Positions 9,770 through 16,406 of a DNA stretch of 29,165 nucleotides are shown here, piece by piece. Every line of letters starts with the position of its first letter. Position 1 is the stretch's first letter. Position numbers and translations under genes: made by a program. The notes beneath the pieces are model-generated. The model saw only the letters and a program-made list of their open reading frames with translations, had not been told where the DNA came from and made no database searches. This DNA is from a virus (lineage: Duplodnaviria > Caudoviricetes), in IMG/VR virus record IMGVR_UViG_3300012667_000067, positions 1 through 29,165 of that record. One strand, given 5' to 3'.

Positions 9770-10306
9770 ATGAAAAATTTGGTTATAATAGTTTTAATTT
9801 TAGCGATAGGGTGGCTTTTATTTAGCCGCCCTAATTCGTTATCTACAATAGTAACCGAGGTAGACACGTTCTACAAGGTAGACACGTTCAAGACCGTAAA
9901 AAAGGGGAAGGATATACCTTACAAGGTAATCGATTCTATCTTCCTTATTGACGAGGTACACGATACCGCGTACATAGTAAAGGATTACGCCGAGGTAAAG
10001 GCTTACTCCGATACGATCTATAAAGATTCTAACAGGTTCGTAATAAACGACACAATTACAAGAAATAAGATACACTCTAGAGGCTTCGAAGCTTATTTAA
10101 CCGAAAAAACGATAATTAGAAATAATTATATCTTTACAAAAGAGAAAGGCGCGCTTTATTTAGGCGGTTTTTCTTCTTACGATAGTAGAGGCGGGAAAAT
10201 AGGGATCGGGGCCGGTATTCACTACCAAACTCCTAAAAAGTCTATATTTTCTTTGCAGTACTCTTCTAACGTAACTTCGGTAGGGTATTATAAGAAAATA
10301 TTTTAG
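9770..10306 (+). CDS. Membrane-anchored exported protein with C-terminal beta-strands (candidate spanin-like)
   Basis: N-terminal TM (LVIIVLILAIGWLLF); terminal amphipathic strands end ..VGYYKKIF. Confidence 0.55.
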   Translation: MKNLVIIVLILAIGWLLFSRPNSLSTIVTEVDTFYKVDTFKTVKKGKDIPYKVIDSIFLIDEVHDTAYIVKDYAEVKAYSDTIYKDSNRFVINDTITRNKIHSRGFEAYLTEKTIIRNNYIFTKEKGALYLGGFSSYDSRGGKIGIGAGIHYQTPKKSIFSLQYSSNVTSVGYYKKIF

Positions 10307-10309
10307 ACA

Positions 10310-10612
10310 ATGGCAGTAAGTAAGAAAGTAAATGTAAGCGCTAACACTCTTCCGATAAGCTTTAAAGAGTTTAGTAAAAATCCAATCGTAGGAACTTTAT
10401 TTATAGTTTTAATAGCTATAGGTTATCTATACATAGACGTAAGATCCACGTTCAAAGATCAAGTAGTAAGTCAAAGCGTAAAAGTTCAAAAGTTAGAAGA
10501 TAGGGTAGATGCAATAAGCGACGCGTTAAGAAGATGCGATTCTGCTTTAGCGACCTCGAATACTAAGCTAAGTACTTTAGAGCAATTAGGTAAAATTCAA
10601 CATATTAAGTAA
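10310..10612 (+). CDS. Single-TM coiled-coil protein (i-spanin- or holin-like)
   Basis: TM IVGTLFIVLIAIGYLYI followed by a heptad-rich C-terminus with one Cys. Confidence 0.5.
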   Translation: MAVSKKVNVSANTLPISFKEFSKNPIVGTLFIVLIAIGYLYIDVRSTFKDQVVSQSVKVQKLEDRVDAISDALRRCDSALATSNTKLSTLEQLGKIQHIK

Positions 10613-10615
10613 GTT

Positions 10616-10942
10616 ATGAAATACCTTTTTTTTATATTCCTATTCGGATGCACCGCAACGGCCCAACAAAAAGCAGAAGATAAAGGGGACAAAGAATTCC
10701 TAGAGTTAATGAATAGATTTAACTCTACTTATGTAGAAAGTAAGCAGGTCCAAAAAAAAGCAGAAAGTAAAGAGACGGAGTTAGTAAATGAAGCGGCGGA
10801 AAAGATAGTTACTTTGAATAATGCGGTTAACGAATTAAAACTAGAATTAAATGAGGTTAAAGCTACTTTGGATAGCGTTAGTAATGATACAGGCCGCGCC
10901 TTTTTGTTACTCCCAATATCCAATAATAAAGAAGATAAATAA
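10616..10942 (+). CDS. Putative lipoprotein with coiled coil (o-spanin-like)
   Basis: MKYLFFIFLFG-C lipobox-like signal; long coiled coil. Confidence 0.55.
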   Translation: MKYLFFIFLFGCTATAQQKAEDKGDKEFLELMNRFNSTYVESKQVQKKAESKETELVNEAAEKIVTLNNAVNELKLELNEVKATLDSVSNDTGRAFLLLPISNNKEDK

Positions 10943-11249
10943 CGACACGGTCGTAATAATGACCGTAAAACAGGGCGAAGAAATAAATAATCTTTACAGG
11001 TCCTACAATGATAGGATAAGCCTGTTAAAGGATTCTTTAACAATTAAAAAATTAAACAATGACTCCCTTATTAAAGCACTACATAAAAAAAGCGATAGCC
11101 TATTTTATTGGGAAGGAAAATACGAAGCAAGTAGAGAACTTTATCGCGCCCCCAAAAGTAGAGACTACGACAAAGAGCAAGCGTTCGACACGCTCCAAAA
11201 AATCCTCCTAATGGGTATAATAGTATTACAGTTCTCACAATTAAATTAA
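10851..11249 (+). CDS. Exported protein with signal peptide and C-terminal hydrophobic anchor
   Basis: MRLKLLWIALVMIQAAPFCYS|Q signal peptide (Gln at +1 is typical of Bacteroidota); C-terminal ILLMGIIVLQF; overlaps the upstream gene by 92 nt. Confidence 0.6.
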   Translation: MRLKLLWIALVMIQAAPFCYSQYPIIKKINNDTVVIMTVKQGEEINNLYRSYNDRISLLKDSLTIKKLNNDSLIKALHKKSDSLFYWEGKYEASRELYRAPKSRDYDKEQAFDTLQKILLMGIIVLQFSQLN

Positions 11250-11254
11250 ATACA

Positions 11255-11503
11255 ATGATTAAAAATTATATTTGGCACTTATTAAACGTTAAAAGCCCTA
11301 TTAACTCCGGCGTAGCGATCGGGTTTAAAGCTTTTTTAATGATGTGCTTATTTGCAATGGCCGACATATTTACGGGCCTATTTGGTAAGGACTTAGCCGT
11401 TTCTAGTATGATCTACGGATCTTTTACTAGCGTAGTTTTCGCAGGGTTTTTTAAGGAACTATACGAAAACTCTAAAGGGAATAAAAACTTAAACAATGAA
11501 TAA
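11255..11503 (+). CDS. Putative holin (2 TM)
   Basis: 82 aa with two hydrophobic segments and a charged C-terminus, upstream of the endolysin. Confidence 0.55.
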   Translation: MIKNYIWHLLNVKSPINSGVAIGFKAFLMMCLFAMADIFTGLFGKDLAVSSMIYGSFTSVVFAGFFKELYENSKGNKNLNNE

Positions 11504-11585
11504 AAGAGAAAAGATAGCTTTAGCCGTTGGATTCATTTTTTGGATCGTAGCTTTAAGCTATTTTATCGGTCAAATGTTAAAATAA
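11496..11585 (+). CDS. 29-aa single-TM peptide (not in ORF track)
   Basis: MNKREKIALAVGFIFWIVALSYFIGQMLK; fills the gap between holin and lysin; AAACAATG start. Confidence 0.6.
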   Translation: MNKREKIALAVGFIFWIVALSYFIGQMLK

Positions 11586-11592
11586 TTAACTT

Positions 11593-12060
11593 ATGAAACT
11601 TAGCGAACACTTAGCCCTATCGGAGGTAATCCGTAGCGAAAGCGCAAAAAGAAACGGTATTAGCAATATGCCAACGCCCGAACATATCGAGAACTTTAAG
11701 CTATTGGCTGAAAAGGTTTTCGAGCCTATTAGAATGAATTTTAGATGTCCGATCCATATTTCTAGCGGTTACAGGTCTAAGGAATTGAACGCTTGTATTG
11801 GGGGAAGTTTGACTTCGCAGCATTGCCAAGGGGAGGCGATCGATATAGATATGGATGGTACTCCTCACGGCGTAACTAATAAAATGGTTTTCGACTTTAT
11901 TAAAAGTAGCCTAGAGTTCGATCAATTAATTTGGGAATTTGGTACGGATCAAAATCCGGATTGGGTTCATTGCTCTTACGAGTCTACAGGTAAGCAAAGA
12001 AAGCAAGTATTAAAAGCTAAAAGAGTAGCGGGTAAAACCGTCTACGAGCCTTATAAATAA
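11593..12060 (+). CDS. Endolysin, peptidase M15 family Zn peptidase
   Basis: SSGYRS..LN..IGGS..SQH..GEAID and WVH.S motifs. Confidence 0.9.
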   Translation: MKLSEHLALSEVIRSESAKRNGISNMPTPEHIENFKLLAEKVFEPIRMNFRCPIHISSGYRSKELNACIGGSLTSQHCQGEAIDIDMDGTPHGVTNKMVFDFIKSSLEFDQLIWEFGTDQNPDWVHCSYESTGKQRKQVLKAKRVAGKTVYEPYK

Positions 12061-12663
12061 ATGATCCCGCGCCCTGCTATTGAGTTAATTATTAAGTTCG
12101 AAGTAGGGAACAGGGCCTTTTATTCTAAATTCCTAGAGCGTCCGACATATAGAAACGAGGAGCAGGGGATTATAATAGGAATAGGCTACGACCTAGCTAC
12201 GGTATACAAGGCGCAATTATTGTGGGATTGGGGGGAGAATATTAACCCTAACTTTTTCCCGCTCTTATTTCGCGTCCTAGGGCTTAAAGGACACGCAGCT
12301 AGGCAGATGCTAGGATCGGAACTGCAGAAGGTAAATATACCGTTCTTAAATGCCTACGAGGTATTCGCAAAAAGGGCGATCCCTAGGGCTTATTTAATGA
12401 CTAAGCATATCTACCCAAACTTGGACGATCTATCGCCGGAAGTTAAAGGAGCCTTGGTTTCTCTAGTATTCTGCAGGGGTAATAGCCTAGAAGGCGATTC
12501 TAGGGAGGAAATGCGGGAAATAGTACAATTAGCAGCCGAGAAGGATTACGCGGGAATAGCGGAAGCGATAGAAAGGTCCAAGCGCCATTTTGAGGTTAAG
12601 GGACTAGACGAACAGGTATTAAGGCGCGAAGCGGAAGCGGATCTAATTTGGAATAGCTTATAA
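12061..12663 (+). CDS. Lysozyme-fold (GH24/pesticin C-terminal-like) protein
   Basis: LIIKFEVG..IGIGYDL..ALVSLVF.RG..RREAEADL pattern. Confidence 0.75.
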   Translation: MIPRPAIELIIKFEVGNRAFYSKFLERPTYRNEEQGIIIGIGYDLATVYKAQLLWDWGENINPNFFPLLFRVLGLKGHAARQMLGSELQKVNIPFLNAYEVFAKRAIPRAYLMTKHIYPNLDDLSPEVKGALVSLVFCRGNSLEGDSREEMREIVQLAAEKDYAGIAEAIERSKRHFEVKGLDEQVLRREAEADLIWNSL

Positions 12664-12721
12664 ATATCTTCATAACGTTTAGGTTTAAACGTCCGGCCTC
12701 CGTTTCTACGGGGGCTTTTTT
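12664..12721 (+). ncRNA. Candidate antisense sRNA (3'UTR-derived) complementary to early start codons
   Basis: TCTTCATAACGTTTA (12667-12681) is complementary over 10-13 nt to five gene starts and is followed directly by an intrinsic terminator; the 5' end is uncertain. Confidence 0.4.
12695..12721 (+). terminator. Rho-independent terminator ending the tail/lysis transcript
   Basis: GCCTCCGT-TTCT-ACGGGGGC hairpin followed by T6. Confidence 0.85.
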
Positions 12722-12773
12722 ATGGTATAAAGTGGGTTTGTCCGGTTTTTTGTCCGGACAATCTTTAGACATT

Positions 12774-12809
12774 TTAACCTATTTAACAAGTTTTAACAAG
12801 TCCTTAACA
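12774..12809 (+). repeat. Four helically phased TTAAC(A/C) direct repeats
   Basis: TTAAC at 12774, 12783, 12793 and 12804. Confidence 0.7.
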
Positions 12810-12828
12810 AAATAATTATAAAAATACT

Positions 12829-12860
12829 TTTGTTTATATTGTATACAATGTATACCTTCG
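12829..12860 (+). promoter_or_regulatory. Early promoter (-33 TTTG, -7 TACCTTCG) with palindromic operator ATTGTATACAAT in the spacer
   Basis: TTTG 12829-32, 20-nt spacer, TACCTTCG 12853-60; perfect palindrome at 12838-12849. Confidence 0.65.
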
Positions 12861-12900
12861 ATAAACAATCGAGAGACACTCGTAAAACTGTTTTAACGTT

Positions 12901-13116
12901 ATGAAGGAACTAATAAAAACAATGAAAGAAACTATGGGCCGTTTATACTGCCTAAAAACAGGTTGGGACTATGATAACCTAACCTTGATCCAATCGTCTT
13001 TAATTAACGCTTACTGTACGCAGTTATTCATTAATAACGGAGACGAAGAAAAAGCCCTACAAATCTTACAGGACCAAGTTAATTCGTTCACTTTTAAATT
13101 TACTGAAAATGCGTAA
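12901..13116 (+). CDS. Hypothetical early protein
   Basis: First ORF after the early promoter; AACGTTATG start. Confidence 0.7.
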   Translation: MKELIKTMKETMGRLYCLKTGWDYDNLTLIQSSLINAYCTQLFINNGDEEKALQILQDQVNSFTFKFTENA

Positions 13117-13213
13117 CCAAACACAATACGAAAAGGATTCAGTATCTACTAAATGGGGTATTATCATTTTTGCCGCTTGCTTAATCCTAGGGATGCTAGC
13201 GGATAACCTTTAA
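13109..13213 (+). CDS. 34-aa single-TM peptide (not in ORF track)
   Basis: MRNQTQYEKDSVSTKWGIIIFAACLILGMLADNL; fills the gap between neighbouring genes. Confidence 0.6.
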   Translation: MRNQTQYEKDSVSTKWGIIIFAACLILGMLADNL

Positions 13214-13222
13214 ATCTACGTT

Positions 13223-13480
13223 ATGAATTACCTAGAAAAAATGGCGCACGAATTATGGCTTAATCATTTTAATTGCCAATTAATTACAAACGATTTAAGT
13301 AGCGAATTAGCTTATAAGTCTGCTTTAATTAGTGTAGAATTAGCTATATCCTTGGTTTATTCAGTTGATCATAAAAATAAAGCCGTTTATAATGAAGAAA
13401 CTAAGTATTGGGATTATGAGCAATGCAAAGAGTTAAAAGACTTATTATTAGTAAAACACATATTAAATCAAAAATTATGA
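13223..13480 (+). CDS. Hypothetical protein (AT-rich)
   Basis: 85 aa ORF with ACGTTATG start. Confidence 0.65.
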   Translation: MNYLEKMAHELWLNHFNCQLITNDLSSELAYKSALISVELAISLVYSVDHKNKAVYNEETKYWDYEQCKELKDLLLVKHILNQKL

Positions 13481-13653
13481 ATTTAGACGAAGTATTATAC
13501 GATAGCAATAAAACCGCCTTAGAGCAGTATATAGTTATCCTGCAGGTCCAACTTGATACAATGCAGAAGAACAATCCTGTAACGCAGACTATCCAAGCCT
13601 GCCAAGACCTAGCAATAGAAGTAAATCGATTATATCAAACAATTAACAATTAA
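13477..13653 (+). CDS. Hypothetical protein (start revised from 13423)
   Basis: ATGA overlap with the upstream stop; MNLDEVLYDSNK..., 58 aa. Confidence 0.6.
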   Translation: MNLDEVLYDSNKTALEQYIVILQVQLDTMQKNNPVTQTIQACQDLAIEVNRLYQTINN

Positions 13654-13869
13654 ATGCAAAAGGAAGTACTAGCGGTAAGGATCTTACCTACAATTAAATC
13701 TAAACTTTTAACCGAAGCCGACCTAGGTAATACTACTATTTCTAGGTTAGTTTCTAAAATCTTAATTAATCATTATGCAAAAGACGAAAATACTATCGAG
13801 AATAAACAAGTTAGAAAGGCTATTAAATCTAGCAGTAGCAAGGGAAGCAATACTAAGGGAAGACCTTAA
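13654..13869 (+). CDS. Ribbon-helix-helix (Arc/CopG-like) DNA-binding protein
   Basis: EVLAVRI strand, helix, then GNTTISRLVSKIL helix. Confidence 0.6.
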   Translation: MQKEVLAVRILPTIKSKLLTEADLGNTTISRLVSKILINHYAKDENTIENKQVRKAIKSSSSKGSNTKGRP

Positions 13870-14059
13870 CAGGTGGCGCGCTTGCGGTCCTTACGACGTT
13901 ACTAGGTTATTTTCACACGAAAACGATATTCTTTTAAAGATTGCTAGGATTAACGCAATTCAACGTAGAATAGTTAACTCGTTTAGGGACCAACTTTATT
14001 TAATGTTTAAAGAGACCGAATTTAAACCCTTAGAAAATGAGCCTACGAAATACAATTAG
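13775..14059 (+). CDS. Hypothetical coiled-coil protein
   Basis: 94 aa amphipathic ORF with an ATTATG start. Confidence 0.55.
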   Translation: MQKTKILSRINKLERLLNLAVAREAILREDLNRWRACGPYDVTRLFSHENDILLKIARINAIQRRIVNSFRDQLYLMFKETEFKPLENEPTKYN

Positions 14060-14231
14060 TAACGAATACTTAACCAATTTAGAAAATGAAGAACTTAGAC
14101 AAAGAATTAAAGAATACCGAATCGAAATTGCCCGACTTAAAGCCGAAATCGAAGTTTATATCCAACTTCAAACGAAGAAAGCTAGAAGAACAGGAACTCC
14201 TAAAGGACAAAGCGGTAGGGGTACTACTTGA
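14037..14231 (+). CDS. Hypothetical coiled-coil protein, largely overlapping the next gene
   Basis: LENEELRQRIKEYRIEIARLKAEI heptads. Confidence 0.45.
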   Translation: MSLRNTISNEYLTNLENEELRQRIKEYRIEIARLKAEIEVYIQLQTKKARRTGTPKGQSGRGTT

Positions 14232-14490
14232 CGTTTGCGCTTATTTCGATACGCCTTGGACTAGAGTACTAAGCCCTTATCGAGGTCCTAAGTATGTTAG
14301 AATAAGAAAAATAGCCTGTTATATTATGAAGGTTAAAACAGGGTTACCGCACGGTAAAATCGCCGAGGTAATGAAGATAGATCGTACTAGCGTTCAAAGG
14401 AATATTGGCCTTATTAAGGATCAATACGAAAGCAAACGCAATAACGAAATAAAAAAGGATATTAACAATATTTTATTAATTACTTTATAG
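14086..14490 (+). CDS. DnaA domain IV-like HTH protein
   Basis: VCAYF..VLSPYR....VRIRKIACYIM...GL....IAEVMKIDRTSV resembles Bac_DnaA_C. Confidence 0.7.
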   Translation: MKNLDKELKNTESKLPDLKPKSKFISNFKRRKLEEQELLKDKAVGVLLDVCAYFDTPWTRVLSPYRGPKYVRIRKIACYIMKVKTGLPHGKIAEVMKIDRTSVQRNIGLIKDQYESKRNNEIKKDINNILLITL

Positions 14491-14510
14491 TTATTCTCGT
14501 AAATAAATTA

Positions 14511-14518
14511 TATATTAG
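14511..14518 (+). promoter_or_regulatory. Variant -7 element TATATTAG upstream of bet
   Basis: One mismatch to TAnnTTTG, intergenic. Confidence 0.45.
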
Positions 14519-14534
14519 CACAAATTTAAACGTT

Positions 14535-15272
14535 ATGAACAACCAAATCGAAAAGACACAAAGTACAATTAGCTTTAGCAAAGAGCAGCTAGAGTTAATT
14601 AAAACACAAATCGCACCCGAAGCGACTAACGACGAACTGCAGTTATTTTTATATACTGCGAAGCGTTCCGGCTTAGATCCATTGGCGCGCCAAATCTACT
14701 GCATACATAGAAGCGTTAAACTACCTAACGGGCAGTACGGTAAAAAAATGACCGTCCAAACTTCTATCGACGGGTTCCGCGTAATCGCTGAAAGGTCCGG
14801 ATTATACGGAGGACAAGGGGAGCCTATCTTCGAGTACGACGATAACGGTAATCCTATTTCCTGTAAAGTATCGGTATTCAAATTTAGAGGCGACGTTAGA
14901 TACGAAGCGGCCGTAGGAGTAGCGTTCTTTAGTGAATACGCACAAACGGACCGAAACGGTAATCTTACCGGATTATGGGCTACTAAAAAAAGAATAATGT
15001 TACAAAAGGTCGCAGAATGTTTGGCGTTACGCAAAGCGTTTTCGCAGGATCTAAGCGGGCTTTATACTTCGGAAGAAATGCCGCCGCCGGAAGATACGAT
15101 CGTAGCTGCTTCTTACATTAAGTCGCACGATAACCAAGAAGACCTAGAGTTAGCTATAGATAGCTGCGAAACTAAGAAGGAACTTAAAGCCCTTTACGAT
15201 CTTAACGAAGCTATGGTTAACGACTTGCAAATGGCCCCTTTATTTACCGAACGCAAAAAAACTCTTAAGTAA
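14535..15272 (+). CDS. bet: Redbeta/RecT-family single-strand annealing protein
   Basis: ATNDELQLFL...GLDPLARQIY..QTSIDGFRVIAERSG.Y.G..W.....ML.KVAE..ALRKAF...LSGLYTSEEM. Confidence 0.9.
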   Translation: MNNQIEKTQSTISFSKEQLELIKTQIAPEATNDELQLFLYTAKRSGLDPLARQIYCIHRSVKLPNGQYGKKMTVQTSIDGFRVIAERSGLYGGQGEPIFEYDDNGNPISCKVSVFKFRGDVRYEAAVGVAFFSEYAQTDRNGNLTGLWATKKRIMLQKVAECLALRKAFSQDLSGLYTSEEMPPPEDTIVAASYIKSHDNQEDLELAIDSCETKKELKALYDLNEAMVNDLQMAPLFTERKKTLK

Positions 15273-15523
15273 TGAATCTAATTTATAAACTAGAAAGCTT
15301 ACGCGCTAACGTATGGTATTGGCAGGGCCTTTACGATAGATCCGATTCTGCAAATGCGCGTAAATTGCAGGATAAGTTAAATAGTGCTAAGGAGTTATTA
15401 AAAGCGTTTAAACGCGATAATATGCCGCACTTATTAGAGCAACCTAAAAACAATTTTAACCCTATTCCTTTCGTCCCTATGGATCAATGGACGGAAGAAC
15501 TAGAACAAACTTTAATTAAATAA
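15272..15523 (+). CDS. Hypothetical protein
   Basis: 83 aa, TAATG-coupled to bet. Confidence 0.6.
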   Translation: MNLIYKLESLRANVWYWQGLYDRSDSANARKLQDKLNSAKELLKAFKRDNMPHLLEQPKNNFNPIPFVPMDQWTEELEQTLIK

Positions 15524-15525
15524 TT

Positions 15526-15804
15526 ATGAACTGTCAAGATTGCAAATTCCTTTCAAGTCAAGACGACGGGTATAGTAATTGGACCGTAACTAATACCGTA
15601 GTTAGTTGCTTAAAAGGTAAATTTAAAGATATAGAAGATTCCTATACTTGGGAAGAAAAAAAGTTTTACGATCAATTTAATAACTGCGAACACTTTAAAG
15701 AGGGTTGCGGTCCTACTTTTGACGTAGACGGGGAAATAACTATAGAAGACTACAAAGACGACGAAGAGGTCTACCAATTATTAGTTAAACATAAAAACGA
15801 TTAA
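15526..15804 (+). CDS. Hypothetical Cys-containing acidic protein
   Basis: CQDC..C..C..C pattern, 92 aa. Confidence 0.6.
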   Translation: MNCQDCKFLSSQDDGYSNWTVTNTVVSCLKGKFKDIEDSYTWEEKKFYDQFNNCEHFKEGCGPTFDVDGEITIEDYKDDEEVYQLLVKHKND

Positions 15805-15806
15805 TT

Positions 15807-15980
15807 ATGCCATTTTCTACTTGCTGCGGCGCACATACTAACTTCCCCGAAATCGATATATGTCCGGAATGTTTGGATCATTGCGATTGGGAAGAGGAAG
15901 ACGAAGAGGAAATATTAGAAGACTTAAAAAACGAAAACGACTTAGACGATTCATTAATTAAAAATCAAGACAATGATTAA
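15807..15980 (+). CDS. 57-aa Zn-binding acidic protein (not in ORF track)
   Basis: MPFSTCCGAHTNFPEIDICPECLDHCDWEEEDEEEILEDLKNENDLDDSLIKNQDND. Confidence 0.7.
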   Translation: MPFSTCCGAHTNFPEIDICPECLDHCDWEEEDEEEILEDLKNENDLDDSLIKNQDND

Positions 15981-16380
15981 AACGCAGGTAATAGGACACT
16001 TAGGCAAAGATGCCGTAGTAAATACCGTAAACGGTAAAACAGTAATTAACTTTAGCGTAGCACATACGGAAAAGTTTAAGGATGCTACAGGTCAACAAAG
16101 GGATAAGACTACTTGGGTAGACTGTTCTAATTGGACCGATAAAACGGCTATAGCGCCTTACTTAAAAAAGGGTACGCAAATCTATGTAGAAGGAACTCCG
16201 GACTCTAGGGCGTATCTTAACCAAGACAATAAGCCGGCCTCTAGTATTACGCTAAGAGTTTCTAGTATTCAGTTACTAGGAAGCCCCGAAAAAAACGAAG
16301 TAACTAACGCAGAAAATAAAAAGGAGTACGCTCCAAATCCTGCGCAAATCGTAGAAGACGACGGCGATTTACCCTTCTAA
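15973..16380 (+). CDS. ssb: Single-stranded DNA-binding protein
   Basis: IGHLGKD..FSVA..T.W..C..YLKKG.Q.YVEG; acidic C-terminal DDGDLPF. Confidence 0.95.
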   Translation: MIKTQVIGHLGKDAVVNTVNGKTVINFSVAHTEKFKDATGQQRDKTTWVDCSNWTDKTAIAPYLKKGTQIYVEGTPDSRAYLNQDNKPASSITLRVSSIQLLGSPEKNEVTNAENKKEYAPNPAQIVEDDGDLPF

Positions 16381-16406
16381 TTATTTATTAACAAAACTTT
16401 AACGTT

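Noticed and set aside
12596-12673. Minus-strand mini-ORF MKIFISYSKLDPLPLRALIPVRLVP, whose start resembles a TIR-domain first strand
   Set aside because: Only 25 aa, antisense to the lysozyme gene, with no clear promoter. Its good start context is explained by the antisense motif, and the TIR likeness is probably chance
12870-12882. Small hairpin CGAG-AGACA-CTCG at the early transcript 5' end (boxB-like)
   Set aside because: Only a 4-bp stem, and no antiterminator gene was recognised
13423-13476. ORF-track start at 13423
   Set aside because: ATG 13477 has ATGA coupling and a better start context
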